A stretch of 64,000 nucleotides of DNA from Candidatus Sulfomarinibacteraceae bacterium (GTDB lineage: Bacteria > Acidobacteriota > Thermoanaerobaculia > Thermoanaerobaculales > Sulfomarinibacteraceae), in contig CAWCLO010000001.1 of assembly GCA_963796455.1 (NCBI GenBank), positions 896,001 to 960,000 on the forward strand, written 5' to 3'. The translations under genes and the position numbers were made by a program. The notes under the pieces are model-generated. The model ran no database searches and was not told the DNA's origin. It saw nothing but the letters and a program-made list of their open reading frames with translations. Positions 26,164 through 36,977 of the stretch are shown one piece after another (the first letter of the stretch is position 1; every line of letters starts with the position of its first letter).

Positions 26164-28470
26164 CTATGGACAGGTGGCGAAGGCCTCCACATCGGTGACG
26201 GCATCCGCCGATTGGCCCTGCGGGTTGGTATAGACCTGGACCGAACCGTTCTCCGTGTCGGTCACGGTGACCTTGAACTCCACATTGGTGGTGGCTGCAA
26301 AGAACACCCAGTAATGGTTGTTCAGCGGACAGCCGTTGAGCACCTTGAGCAGAAACTCCAGGTTGTTCGGGTTGTTGTAGTAGAAGATCCCCGAATCCGC
26401 GGTGCGGAGGTCAGAAACAAAGGCCGAACGGAAGGTCTGGTCGTTTGCCGGGTGCCAGTCGACCTGGACTTCGAATCGATTGCCGTCGCGGAGGCAGATC
26501 GTGGTGTCGCTGTTGGTGCAGGTGGAAGGAGTACCGCCACCACCACCGCCACCGCCGCCGCCTCCACCACCACCGCCGCCTCCACCGCCCGTCTGGAGGG
26601 TGGCGCGGAGCATGAAGTTCCCTTCGTTGACCGGCAGGAGCCCGGCAACGCCGGTTTCGGAGAGCAGGCTGTTGCCGGAGTTCGCGGCGCCGTCAAATTC
26701 CATGTTGAAATCTTCACCGGTCCACTGGGAATAGCCACGATTGACCAGCCAGAAATCTCCGTTGAGGGTCACGGGAGCTGCAAGCGTCACCTCGTACCAG
26801 CCCTGGCCGTCACCGGTGTAGATGGTTCCCTGGCCGAGCACATTGTTCTCGTCCGGCGCACCGCCGCTGTCGGCATAGACCATGACCTCATTCGGCCATG
26901 GCCCGCCGGCAAAACTGATCTGATTTCCGGCACAGAAGCGTGTGATCTGGGTGTTGCCGGGTTGGAATCCGAAATCAGCCAATTCGAACTTGACCGCAAA
27001 CATGAGGTCGGGATCTCCGGCACCGCCACCACCGAACCAGGAGGCATTGATCGCCTCACCATCGTCGTAGAAGGCGTTGCCGCAACTTGCGACATTACCG
27101 CCGGTCGAACCGCCGGCGTTGGCGCCGTTCACGAACTGGGTGCCGGTGTTGGAGGGATCGAGCCAGTCCTTGAGGCGCCCGGCAGAGTTTGTTCCATCCC
27201 ACCCGACCGCCATGCGTCCGTAGCAGTCGTAACCGGCCGTGTTGTCGCACGCTGCCAAACCGCCCGACAGGTAGCCAACCACCCGGCGCGTATCCGGGTC
27301 CCAAAGACCGGAGCCCGACGAACCTTGTTCAGTCGTTCCCTGTTCCCAGTTGTCGACATTCCAGTGGGTACCCGCCGGTCCCCCAGTGACAATGCACGAT
27401 GAGCGGATGGTCAGCGCATCGTCGTTCAGACTGATGGCCTTCTCGTCGCCCCGCGGATGATGGATGCCCACGCTGCTCGTTGGAACAGTCGACATGCGCG
27501 CATCCCAGCCCGCGTAATACACGCCGAACGCGGCGTCAGGTTCGTCGTCGAGTTCGAAGAGGAGCATGTCGTTGTCTTCCTCCGAGGCACGGAATGTCGC
27601 TCCGGTTTGGTTGTCTGCCAATGAACCGCCACCCAGGTCTCCACAGGTTGCAGATTCGTAGTTCCAGTAAGCCACGATCGTCTGGTCGTTGCCGCTGTCG
27701 ACATCGCAGTGGTTAGCGGACAACATGAAGGGCGTGAAGCTACCGGGGACATCCATGATCAGGGTTGCAGTGCAGAGAAAGCTCCCGCTGATCGAGTATC
27801 TGGCCACACTACGAATCTCGTCGCGCCAGTCATCGCCTAGCGGGCAGACCACGTCGATATTGCAGCTCCCCTGTTTCTCGTCCTTCTTTGCAAAGAGGTC
27901 CCGGTAGCCGCGTCCGACGCGTCGGAGCTCGAGTTCCGGCTCGAAGGCCGCGTCCGCGGGAACGTAGAGTTCGATCACCGCCTTCTCGCCGGGGACCACC
28001 GGTGTCCAAAGCTCTCGGTGTTTCTTGTTGTCGGTCGACGTATAGGGCCCTTGGAAAAAATCTCCATCCTCACTGAGGATGTGCAGGGTCGCTCCCTTGG
28101 GCAAACGAAAGCGACGGAAACCGAAGTTGAGATCAGTGGCGCCCTCGGCTTCAACGCGCAGCCGCCACAGCCTGCCGCCGTCTTCGAGATTCTCCCACGT
28201 CCCGTCGTTGGACGGCGTGATCGCGAGGTCCCACGGTGCAGCAAAACGGAGCGGTCCCGGGCCCTGAGCCGCCATCAGGTCGTCCTCGGCCTTGAGCACC
28301 TCGGGGACAATGGCCTCGACCTGGAAGACCGGCAGATCGACGGTCGCCGTCGCCTGCCCACGCCTCGACCTCGGTTGAGAGCCCTGACGGGCGTCCGCGG
28401 TCGCGGTCACGACGAGCAGCAGAGCAACAACAAGGATAAATAAAACACTCAATCGCCGCGTGAAACGCAT
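26164..28470 (-). CDS. Secreted lysyl-endopeptidase-like serine protease (S1) with propeptide, poly-Gly linker and C-terminal beta domain
   Basis: GGAGG SD; signal peptide; GSCNIDVVCP, CTATL, SANHC, HHPRGDEK, TTEQGSSGSGL, YGR. Confidence 0.85.
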   Translation of the reverse strand: MRFTRRLSVLFILVVALLLVVTATADARQGSQPRSRRGQATATVDLPVFQVEAIVPEVLKAEDDLMAAQGPGPLRFAAPWDLAITPSNDGTWENLEDGGRLWRLRVEAEGATDLNFGFRRFRLPKGATLHILSEDGDFFQGPYTSTDNKKHRELWTPVVPGEKAVIELYVPADAAFEPELELRRVGRGYRDLFAKKDEKQGSCNIDVVCPLGDDWRDEIRSVARYSISGSFLCTATLIMDVPGSFTPFMLSANHCDVDSGNDQTIVAYWNYESATCGDLGGGSLADNQTGATFRASEEDNDMLLFELDDEPDAAFGVYYAGWDARMSTVPTSSVGIHHPRGDEKAISLNDDALTIRSSCIVTGGPAGTHWNVDNWEQGTTEQGSSGSGLWDPDTRRVVGYLSGGLAACDNTAGYDCYGRMAVGWDGTNSAGRLKDWLDPSNTGTQFVNGANAGGSTGGNVASCGNAFYDDGEAINASWFGGGGAGDPDLMFAVKFELADFGFQPGNTQITRFCAGNQISFAGGPWPNEVMVYADSGGAPDENNVLGQGTIYTGDGQGWYEVTLAAPVTLNGDFWLVNRGYSQWTGEDFNMEFDGAANSGNSLLSETGVAGLLPVNEGNFMLRATLQTGGGGGGGGGGGGGGGGGGGTPSTCTNSDTTICLRDGNRFEVQVDWHPANDQTFRSAFVSDLRTADSGIFYYNNPNNLEFLLKVLNGCPLNNHYWVFFAATTNVEFKVTVTDTENGSVQVYTNPQGQSADAVTDVEAFATCP

Positions 28471-28552
28471 ATCAGGTCCTCCAAATGTGTCAGTCGTTCT
28501 GACATCTGGTGTCAATATACAGGCATTCTGGGGATTTGCGAAATGACCCGTG

Positions 28553-29131
28553 TCACCGCACCCAGCGGGTTGGAACCCAGACGATTCGGCTCTCCCACGG
28601 GCCTTCGAGGATCCGCACCCGGGCCTCTCGGTCCTTGTTGGCATATTCGAGAATTCGGATCTTGGTACCGCCCTCGAGCTCGAGAAAACGGTCGTCGTCG
28701 TTCATCAGGGAACTCACGCCGACCTGCAGCGCACCGGTGGTCATATCCAGCAAAGCGCCCACCGCCTCGTGGTCGAGCGCGACCATGACCGGGCGGTCCA
28801 TGCCGGTGTCGAGAGTCGCGTTTTCTCCGACCGCCCGCTGGTCTCGGAACACCGCCCCGCCGGGGCCTTCGCTCGGATCCTGGCCCAGCCACCAGATGAA
28901 ACCGGCCAACGGGATCAGCAGAAAGATCGCGAGAAAGATCCGGTTGATCTTCTTGCCCGGCTCCGGATCCGCCGGCATCGCCGCCACGACTTCCTGCACA
29001 CCATCGACCTCGGGGAGCTCGGCGGTGAACTCCGCCCGGCACGAGGTGCACTTGAGGGTTCGACCGACATAGCGCTCGTGAACCTGCATTGACGATCCGC
29101 ACTGCTCACAGGTGTGGATGAATCCCGCCAT
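28553..29131 (-). CDS. Zinc-ribbon single-pass membrane protein
   Basis: CEQC...CTSC, then one TM helix and a C-terminal domain. Confidence 0.75.
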   Translation of the reverse strand: MAGFIHTCEQCGSSMQVHERYVGRTLKCTSCRAEFTAELPEVDGVQEVVAAMPADPEPGKKINRIFLAIFLLIPLAGFIWWLGQDPSEGPGGAVFRDQRAVGENATLDTGMDRPVMVALDHEAVGALLDMTTGALQVGVSSLMNDDDRFLELEGGTKIRILEYANKDREARVRILEGPWESRIVWVPTRWVR

Positions 29132-29249
29132 GATTTGCCCCTTTGTCCGCCTATATAAGCTTATCAAAGGGACGCAAGTTGAAGAGGGAAAAGGGGCTGA
29201 GGGGCAGAAGATGCTCTTTGCCGGATGCTCGATCCCTTGACCGATACCG

Positions 29250-29415
29250 AAAGGGGGAAGGGGAGAAAGGGGGAAAGGGAGAACCACCCGGCACCGGTTA
29301 CTCCTGCGTGGGAATGTCGCCTCCCGATCCCAAAAGGGGAAGCGGGGACACTTTCACCTACCCACAACGGCGAGGGCTCGATCTCCCTTTCTCCCCTGCT
29401 CCCTTTCACCCTTTC
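29250..29415. repeat. Inverted octamer arrays (GGGAGAAA)n at 29250-29284 and (TTTCTCCC)-like at 29383-29415
   Basis: aaagggggaagggagaaagggggaaagggagaa ... ctccctttctcccctgctccctttcaccctttc. Confidence 0.7.
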
Positions 29416-29446
29416 TGGGGCGTTCCGTAGGGCATCCCGGCGGGCC

Positions 29447-31126
29447 CTATTCCGCCCGGTACCGCACCTTCCCACCGACGATGGTGTAAAGCACCGTGGT
29501 CTCGAGGATCTCCTCCTCGGGCACAACCAGAACATCCTTCGAGAGCACCGTGACATCGGCCAGCTTGCCGATTTCGAGGGAGCCCTTGATGTCCTCTTCG
29601 AAGGCCGCGTAGGCCGCATCGAGAGTGGCGGTCCGAAGGGCTTCCTCGCGGGTCATGCTCTGACCGGGATAGAAGGCGGTTCCGTCCGCCATCAGACGCG
29701 TGACCGCCGCATGGAAGGTCGGCATCGTATCGACCTTTTCCACCGGCGCGTCAGTCCCGCTGGCGATGACCGCCCCCGAATCGAGCAGGGCCCGCCAGAC
29801 GTAGGCGCCCTCTTCAGCCCGCTGCTCACCCAGACGCGGCACGACCCACGGCCCATCCGAAGTGCAGTGGGTCGGTTGCATCGCGGCGATGATGCCGAGC
29901 TCGGAAAAACGGGGGATGTCCTCGGGGTGGAGATGCTGGGCGTGTTCCACCCGCCAGCGCAATTCCCGTCCGTCCGCACGCGAGTCGATGACCTCCTGAT
30001 AAACATCAATGGTCTCGCGGTTGGCGCGGTCGCCGATCGCGTGGGAACACAGCTGGAGGCCATACTCGGACGCCAGCTGCGCAGTCACCCGAAGTTCCTC
30101 CGGCGTGACGATGTTGAGCCCGGTGCTGGACGGCAGATCGGTGTAGGGCTTGAGGAGCCAGGCGCCATGGGAACCGAGGGCACCATCCACCCAGCGCTTG
30201 ATCCCACCAACGGTGATGAAACCACTGCCCTCGCGGCTGACCTCGAATCCGGGCAGATTTTCGGCCAGCGACTCGTTGTCCTCCGAAAGCATGATCCAAA
30301 GCCGTAGCGGAAGTTCGTCGGCCACTGCCATCTGGCGCAAAAACTCGACCTGCTTGAAGCCCGAGCCGGCATCCTGAAAAGAGGTAATTCCCTGCCGGAG
30401 GCACTCTTCGCTGGCGAGCTCAGCCATCCGTCGCACGGTGGCATCGTCCCATTTCCGGTCCATCTGCGCAGCCACCACGTTGTCGGCGGTCTCGCGAAGG
30501 GTTCCGATGGCGCGTCCCGATGGGTCTCGCACGATCTCACCACCCGGAGGATCGGGGGTATTGTCATCGATGCCCGCCATCTCCAGGGCCAGGCCATTGA
30601 CCATCGACGCGTGGCCGCTGGCGTGGGTGAGAAATACCGGGTTTTCCGGCGACACCGCGCTCAGGGCGTCGTGGTAGGGAAGACCCGAAATATTCGGCTC
30701 AGGGACCGAGTCCCACTTTTCCTGATGCCACCCACGCCCCAGGATCCATTGCCCGGGCTCGGCCTCGGCCACCGCGGCCTCGACCATGGCCACTATTTCG
30801 TCGAAGTTCGCAACCGAACGCAAATCGAGCTGCATCTTGGCTCGACCGATACTCAGAAAATGTCCATGACCTTCAATGAGTCCGGGCACCGCAAGCGCAC
30901 CGCCGAGATCGATGACCTCGGTGTCCGGCCCGATCAATCGGCGGACCTCGGCTTCGCTTCCCACCGCGACGATATTCTGGCCGCGGGCGGCGAGCGCCTC
31001 GACTTCGGGATTCGACGTATTCACGGTGACGATCCGACCACCAAGAATGACGAGATCGGCAGGATCCTCGGTCGGGGCACACGAGAAGACGGATACGATT
31101 GCAAACAGAATCATGAGACGTTTCAT
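29447..31126 (-). CDS. Amidohydrolase_3 (YtcJ-like) lipoprotein
   Basis: VFSC lipobox; PGLIEGHGH, DGALGS, HAIGDRAN, RVEHAQ, GTDAPVE, GKLAD. Confidence 0.9.
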   Translation of the reverse strand: MKRLMILFAIVSVFSCAPTEDPADLVILGGRIVTVNTSNPEVEALAARGQNIVAVGSEAEVRRLIGPDTEVIDLGGALAVPGLIEGHGHFLSIGRAKMQLDLRSVANFDEIVAMVEAAVAEAEPGQWILGRGWHQEKWDSVPEPNISGLPYHDALSAVSPENPVFLTHASGHASMVNGLALEMAGIDDNTPDPPGGEIVRDPSGRAIGTLRETADNVVAAQMDRKWDDATVRRMAELASEECLRQGITSFQDAGSGFKQVEFLRQMAVADELPLRLWIMLSEDNESLAENLPGFEVSREGSGFITVGGIKRWVDGALGSHGAWLLKPYTDLPSSTGLNIVTPEELRVTAQLASEYGLQLCSHAIGDRANRETIDVYQEVIDSRADGRELRWRVEHAQHLHPEDIPRFSELGIIAAMQPTHCTSDGPWVVPRLGEQRAEEGAYVWRALLDSGAVIASGTDAPVEKVDTMPTFHAAVTRLMADGTAFYPGQSMTREEALRTATLDAAYAAFEEDIKGSLEIGKLADVTVLSKDVLVVPEEEILETTVLYTIVGGKVRYRAE

Positions 31127-31211
31127 GGAAACCTCCGCGAGGTAGATTACACCCTCCCGCGCCGTCGTGGAGAATGAAATGGTGGAAGGGTGCAGAGGGG
31201 TTAGATATTAA

Positions 31212-31261
31212 ATGCTGGATGCTGGATGCTGGGTGCCGGATCACTGCTGTCCAAAACAGAG
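31212..31261 (+). repeat. (GATGCTG)n array plus conserved tail, as at 12811
   Basis: atgctggatgctggatgctgggtgccggatcactgctgtccaaaacagag. Confidence 0.72.
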
Positions 31262-31437
31262 ATAGTCATGAAGTTTCCCACCTGACAACACGCGGTTTAC
31301 GGGTTGGTTTTTGGCAAATCCAGTTCGCGGTTGCCCCGTGCCCGTGTCCGCGTCCGCGTCCGTGCCCGAATTGCAGCGGCTGCGACAACGTCCAGGGGCG
31401 GCGACAGGGATCAGCGATCAGAGGCAGAGATCAGGGT

Positions 31438-31593
31438 CAGCAATCAGGTGCAGTGACGGCGTGATCACCTCCGGGTCGTTCAGCAGAAGGAACACCCGCT
31501 GTGGTGTCGGCGTCTCGCCTGCCCACCGTGCGGCCGAGACGGCCGCACCACCAAGGCCGGATCCCCGAAGAAATGAGTGCTGTTCACTGTCCC
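31438..31593 (-). repeat. Second copy of the 156-bp REP-containing element
   Basis: Reverse complement matches 12871-13026. Confidence 0.88.
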
Positions 31594-31701
31594 GGCCGCT
31601 GATCGCTGTCCGACACTTCCCACCTGGGCCGAGTGATCCAGGCTGTGGGACACAACTCTGAAGGTGGGCCCTTGCTCCCCTTCTCGATCGGCTCCTGTTC
31701 G

Positions 31702-33898
31702 TCAGAGCCTTCCACGGAGGATCAGGCGTAGCGAGCGACCGGGCGCCAGAACCGAATCTTCGTCCGACGACGCGAGATAGGACCGGTCGGCAAGATTGCG
31801 GCCGAGCAGCGACAGTTCCAGCCAGTCTGCAACCGAAAAACCGACCCCGGCGTCGATCACGGCATAGCCGGGAACATCCTGTTCGGTCGGGCCGGGGCGG
31901 TCATCGCGCGCAAACGCGGCCGCCCGCACCATCCACCACCATCTCGAGGTGGGCTGACCCCGGAGCACCGCAAATCCACCGGGGGCAGGTACGCCATCGG
32001 TCGGGCCACCGTCTTCCGCCACCTCACCCTCGAGTACCTGCGCGCCCAGCAAAAGTTCGAGATTCGACCCGAGGGCAAAGGACGCCTCGAGCTCGATACC
32101 GGTGATCTGCGACTCGCCGCGGTTGCGGAAGAAAAAGTCGTCATCGATTCGAAACCGCTCGATGAGGTCGAAGATGCGATAACGATAAACATAGAGCGCG
32201 GCCATCATCTTGTCGGGGTTGTAGCGAAGGGCGAGATCGAATTGCAGGCTGGTTTCGGGCTCGAGATCGGGGTTGCCGGTGATGAAGCCTCTCCCGGTCT
32301 CACCGCGATAGTAACGATCGGAAAGAAGTGGATCCCGGAAGCCCCGGGCCACCTGTCCGGTGAGCTCGAGATCGTGGCCGAAATCGAACCCGAGCGCCGC
32401 AAAGCCCGAAAAGGCGGTATTGGACGTACCGACGTCGCCAAAATATCCGCCGGTGTTCTCACTCCGCACCCAGTCGCCGCGGGCTCCGAAGTCGAGACGC
32501 CACCGGCCTAGGTCCGCTCTCGAAACTGGCAAAGACCCCCAGGTCGCTGCCATTGGCATCCTCGATACTCGTCTCACTGCTGGTCTCCAGCGGATCTCCG
32601 GCACGGTCGAAGGTCGTGTATGTGTTGAGGGCCCGGAGATTGTAGCGGCCGTTGAGATCCAGCCCGATCACCATCCTCCACGCACCGAGCGCACGCTCGG
32701 CATCGGCGCGGATCGTGTAATCGTTGGCATCGACCCTTGATTGCGCCACATCCCGAACGGTCGATGCCGTGGCGAAACGATCCTTGGTGAGATCCAGGCG
32801 ATAGTCGTCCCAGGCGATTGAAACGCTGAGGCGGCTCCAGCTGCCCGGGCCCGGTCGTTCGAAACCGAGGCTGAGCCGATTCGAGTCTTCTCGCGGGTAA
32901 TAGACCCTTCTTGTCGCGGAGTCAGGGGCCGGTTTTCCGACGTCCTTCGCCTCGTCGGTCCGCCAGCCGAGGTGAACGACCCCACCCAGCGCCACCGCCT
33001 GCCACCCGAAACGAAAACCGCTGAGCGTGGCACCCGAATCGAGCACCGTGCCTTCCGGGCTCTCGTAATCATCAGAGGAACGATAGTGCGCACCGAGGAG
33101 CAGGCCGCCACCGAGCAGACCGGTGGTAAATTCCGCCGCTGCCCCCGCCTCATTGATCCCCGCGCCGGCAACGGCGCTCCAATTCAGCCCCGTGCCCCCC
33201 TGCGGGTCCGGCATCCTGGTCCGAGCCCGGATGATCCCTCCAAAGGCATCCGAACCATAGGCCACCGAACCCGGTCCCCTGACCACCTCCACCTCCTCGA
33301 TGGTTTCGGGATCGAGGTAGGTTGCCGAGGGCCCAGCTCGCCGTTCGCTGGCCACCCGCCCATCGTCGAGTAAAAGCAGGGTTCGATGCTGGGGAAGACC
33401 ACGAAGACCGGGCACCGCCGAACGTCCGTCGCCGCTCACGCTGGATCCCGGGAGGTTCTCGAGCGTCTGGAAGAGCTGAACCGGCAAGCGCTGATCGAGA
33501 TCGCCGCGCCCCATCACTGTGGAGGCGACGGCAGGTGGCAGCTCGAGATCGGGCACGACCCCACTGACCACGGTGACTGTCTCTCCGATCGGAGCGACAA
33601 CAACAACCAGTGGTCCTTCGAGGGGCACCACTTCGATCGTCACCGGGCGCAGAGCAACTCCGTCGGGGCGTGCGACAAAAAGCACGAAGGGCGCCTCGGG
33701 GACCGGGTCGAGGACGAATCGGCCCCGGCCGTCTGCGACAAAGGATTCTCCGGTCTCGATCACCGTCACCCTGGCGCCGGCAAGGGTCTCCCCCGACGGG
33801 GTCTGAACACGGCACTCCAGCGCCGCCGAAACGGCGACACTGAAAAGGACGAAGATGAAGAACAACGATCTTCGAAGAATCAACGGTGAAATATCCAA
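31702..33898 (-). CDS. TonB-dependent receptor, one apparent frameshift near 32520
   Basis: Plug motif IEEVEVVRGPGSVAYGSDAFGGII in one frame; barrel motifs GNPDLEPET and NLADRSY...PGRS in the next. Confidence 0.85.
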
Positions 33899-33902
33899 AT
33901 CC

Positions 33903-34484
33903 TCAGAACGCCACTAACGAAAGCAGCTCCTCGACCATTCCCAGGGTCATGCCCCAGATCAGATGGTCGCGGTAACGATAGCAGGGAAGTTCGAGGTCAA
34001 GACCGGAGTGGCGGTATTCCATGGTCTCGCGGTTCTGCTGATCGGCCAGGAAATCCACCGGCACCCAGACCACCTCCGCGACCTCATGATTTGGCACCAG
34101 GACCGGTCGTTCCGCCAGCGAAAAAACAAAGGGGCTGATAACCAGCGACATGGGTCGACCGCGACCGATGGCCTGGACGTCGTCGAGCCTTCCGAGTTTT
34201 TGAGCAAGGGCCTCCAGATCCAGGCTGACCTCTTCGCGGGCCTCCCGGATCGCTGCGCCCAGAGGATCCGCGTCACCCGGATCCACGCGGCCGCCGGGAA
34301 AAGCCATGTGACCGGACCACGGATCGCGCGGATCTTCGGCACGGTGGATAAACAGCATATCGAGCGAACCTGCGTGCTCACACAAGACCGCCGCAACCGC
34401 CGCCTGGCGCATCCCCTCGGTAATGGGCACTTCGAGAGCCTGGTATCGAGTCAGGGCGGCACGAAATCCATCGATCGTCAGCAC
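33903..34484 (-). CDS. Nudix hydrolase, CoA pyrophosphatase family
   Basis: AAVA...R...WSGHMAFPGGRVD...AIREAREEV, N.EV, IWGMT. Confidence 0.9.
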   Translation of the reverse strand: MLTIDGFRAALTRYQALEVPITEGMRQAAVAAVLCEHAGSLDMLFIHRAEDPRDPWSGHMAFPGGRVDPGDADPLGAAIREAREEVSLDLEALAQKLGRLDDVQAIGRGRPMSLVISPFVFSLAERPVLVPNHEVAEVVWVPVDFLADQQNRETMEYRHSGLDLELPCYRYRDHLIWGMTLGMVEELLSLVAF

Positions 34485-34514
34485 GAGAACATTGTCGCAG
34501 AGAGGGAGCGATGG

Positions 34515-34624
34515 GGCTATCGGCTATCGGCCGTAAGCTATAGGCTATAGGCTATGGGCTATGGGCTATGGGCTGCAGGCTGTAGGCTGCAGGCTGTGGG
34601 CTGTGGGCTGTGGGCGATGGGCTG
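34515..34624 (+). repeat. Heptamer array drifting GGCTATC > GGCTATA > GGCTATG > GGCTGCA > GGCTGTG (~15 units); short inverted copy at 34736-34757
   Basis: Direct reading. Confidence 0.9.
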
Positions 34625-34742
34625 AGGTTAGTCGGCTCCCATTTGTCAGCGATACCATTACCTTCTTCATCGTGCAATTCAGCCTACTTGCGTCACGGTG
34701 ACTTCGCCTCTCGACTCCTGGCTTACTGCTATTGTTTATAGC

Positions 34743-35621
34743 CTATAGCTTATAGCTTTTCGGGGCGTTGCTCACCGCCGCCTTGACGAAGTTGAGCCTC
34801 GAAAACTCCCTCGTCGTCAACAACTCGAAGAATCGGTCTTTCATCCTGCCCTTGGCAAAAACACGGCTCGCGATCCTGCGTGGTGACAGACCCTTGGCGG
34901 TCAGTTCCAGGGAGCGCCGGGCCGCGTCCTCGATACGGTCAGCCTTGAGTTCGAGGCTTGGGGCCGGATCGTCGACTATCGCTCCGTGACCGGTCAACAT
35001 GCGGCGAGGGGCGAGGGCGGCGACCCGACGCAAGGACTCCGCCTCCTGCCACGGGTTGCCCCAGATGAGCACCGCGGTCGCACCGGGAGAGACAAAAAGA
35101 TCGCCGGAAAAGACATATCCGGTCGCCCGCTCGAAAAACGCAACCTGAGTCCGGGAATGGCCCGGCGTCGGAATGACCTCGAGTCTTCGGTCGGAGGTCG
35201 TCATCACCTCAGGAAGCTCGGTCGCTTCGAATTCGGCCACCGGCCCCCACCAGGCGCGGCGATAGGGTGCCAGCGAACGAACGCCCTCCTCCCACAATCG
35301 ATCGGCCTCGCGGAGAAAAACCGGACAACCGTGGGCGGCGGCGATGGCAGCGCAATTTCCGGTGTGGTCTTCGTGATTGTGGGTGCAGGCGACGGCTGCA
35401 ACATCGCGGCCGGAGAGCGCAGCCAGGAACGCTTCGCCACCATGGGAGAAACCGCTATCGATCAGCAGATCGCCGAGCAGGTAAGCGTTCACCTCGAAGC
35501 CGAGTCGGCGGGTCCCTCGGCTTTGAATACGAAATCTGCAGACACCCTCACCAACCTCGTCCACAGTCACCCGGACTGCTTGCGTCCGAGCCCACGCCCG
35601 ATGAATGAAGCTCTGCCGCAC
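34743..35621 (-). CDS. Metallo-beta-lactamase fold hydrolase
   Basis: THNHEDHTG, TPGHS, SGDL, TGHG. Confidence 0.88.
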   Translation of the reverse strand: MRQSFIHRAWARTQAVRVTVDEVGEGVCRFRIQSRGTRRLGFEVNAYLLGDLLIDSGFSHGGEAFLAALSGRDVAAVACTHNHEDHTGNCAAIAAAHGCPVFLREADRLWEEGVRSLAPYRRAWWGPVAEFEATELPEVMTTSDRRLEVIPTPGHSRTQVAFFERATGYVFSGDLFVSPGATAVLIWGNPWQEAESLRRVAALAPRRMLTGHGAIVDDPAPSLELKADRIEDAARRSLELTAKGLSPRRIASRVFAKGRMKDRFFELLTTREFSRLNFVKAAVSNAPKSYKL

Positions 35622-35745
35622 CTCGGCATCTTACTCGATACTGGATGCTGGATTCCCGAACCAGATGGCTGAGGGACTGAGTAACAATCGCTATCGCTAT
35701 CGGAATCGCTATCAATATCGAACGGCTGCTGTGGATACCGTTCCT

Positions 35746-35780
35746 GAAAGGGAGAAAGGGAGAAAAGGAGAAAGGGGGAA
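35746..35780 (+). repeat. Octamer array (GGGAGAAA)n, ~4 units
   Basis: gaaagggagaaagggagaaaaggagaaagggggaa. Confidence 0.8.
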
Positions 35781-35824
35781 CCATCGATCACGGATATTTC
35801 CTGCACGCGAAAATCGCCTCCCGA

Positions 35825-35944
35825 TGTCATCCTGAGCGGAGCCCGCCCTGGGGCGTAGTCGAAGGATCTATGAGATGGACCGCAGAGACCCGTGAGCCGC
35901 AGATCCTTCGACTCGGCCGTCGGACGGCCTCGCTCAGGATGACA
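35825..35944. repeat. Complete 120-bp palindromic element TGTCATCCTGAGCG..AGTCGAAGGATCT / AGATCCTTCGACT..CGCTCAGGATGACA
   Basis: Two inverted half-units, each with its own internal hairpin. Confidence 0.88.
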
Positions 35945-36035
35945 TATTGAACGACAGTTCCGATCCCGATCCCGTTGCAGAAGGGGAGAAAGGGAGAACC
36001 GTACCGGAGGCGTCGCTTGTGATAAGGGCCGTGTG

Positions 36036-36281
36036 TCCTCTGCTCCTCTGCTCCTCTGCCTCCTCTGCTCCTCTGCTCCTCTGCTCCTCTGCTCCTCTGG
36101 CTCCTCTAAGGCTCCTCTGGCTCCTCTGCTCACTCTGCTCCTCTGCTCCTCTGCTCCTGCTGCTCGCTCCGCTGCTCCTCAGGCTGCCTCTGCTACGTCT
36201 GCTCCTCTGCTCCTCTGCTCCTCTGCTCCTCTGCTCCTCTGCTCCTCTGCTCCTCTGCTCCTCTGCTCCTCTGCTCCTCTG
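36036..36281 (+). repeat. Octamer array (CTCCTCTG)n, ~30 units, some degenerate
   Basis: Direct reading. Confidence 0.95.
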
Positions 36282-36382
36282 GAGATCTGAATTTCGATAC
36301 CGGTAGCGATTGCGGCATGCACCACCAACGAAATAGATGATGAATCCGTTTTGCTTTCTCTTGCAGCGACAAGGAGATCAAT

Positions 36383-36766
36383 ATGGCCAAGGTGCTTGGA
36401 ATCGGTGGCGTGTTCTTCAAATCCGAGGACCCCGCAAAACTCGGAGAGTGGTATCAAAAATGGCTCGGACTCCCGGTAGAGCCCCCTTACGGGGCCAATT
36501 TCAAACCGGAGACCGTGCCGGCCGGTGGTCTCACCGTCTGGTCGCCGTTCAAAAAGGACACCGATTATTTCGAACCGTCGAAACAGGACTACATGATCAA
36601 CCTGATGGTGGATGATCTCGATGGTGTCTTGGCCCAGGTGACCGAAGGCGGTGGCGAAATCGTCGGTGACATCATGGACGAGGACTATGGCCGTTTTGGC
36701 TGGTTTCTCGACCCCGAGGGCAACAAGGTGGAGCTTTGGCAACCAAAAGAAGGCGGGTTTGAATGA
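36383..36766 (+). CDS. VOC/glyoxalase family protein
   Basis: AGGAG SD; GIGGVFFKS, YGRFGW..DPEGNKVELW. Confidence 0.9.
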   Translation: MAKVLGIGGVFFKSEDPAKLGEWYQKWLGLPVEPPYGANFKPETVPAGGLTVWSPFKKDTDYFEPSKQDYMINLMVDDLDGVLAQVTEGGGEIVGDIMDEDYGRFGWFLDPEGNKVELWQPKEGGFE

Positions 36767-36767
36767 G

Positions 36768-36857
36768 GAATTTCGGATTTCGGATTTCGGATTTCGGATT
36801 TCGGATTTCGGATTTCGGATTTCGGATTTCGGATTTCGGATTTCGGATTTCGGATTT
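36768..36857 (+). repeat. Heptamer array (GGATTTC)n, ~12 units
   Basis: Begins immediately after the stop codon at 36766. Confidence 0.95.
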
Positions 36858-36933
36858 TACCGGACATTTCATGAGAAACCGCAGATCACGCAGATGACAT
36901 GAGGCTGGGCTGGCCAAACCGGCACTGGCCGTT

Positions 36934-36977
36934 TGTCATCCTGAGCGACGGAGCTTCGCGACCGAGTCGAAGGATCT
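36934..36977 (+). repeat. Half-unit of the TGTCATCCTGAGCG..AGTCGAAGGATCT family
   Basis: Same ends as 20817 and 35825, different internal hairpin. Confidence 0.85.

Noticed and set aside
35947..36420. ORFs with LLCSSAP / EEQRSRGA repeats, and SEIRNPK / FRISDFG ORFs at 36651-36917
   Set aside because: They are translations of the non-coding 8-mer and 7-mer arrays, with no SD or domain content.
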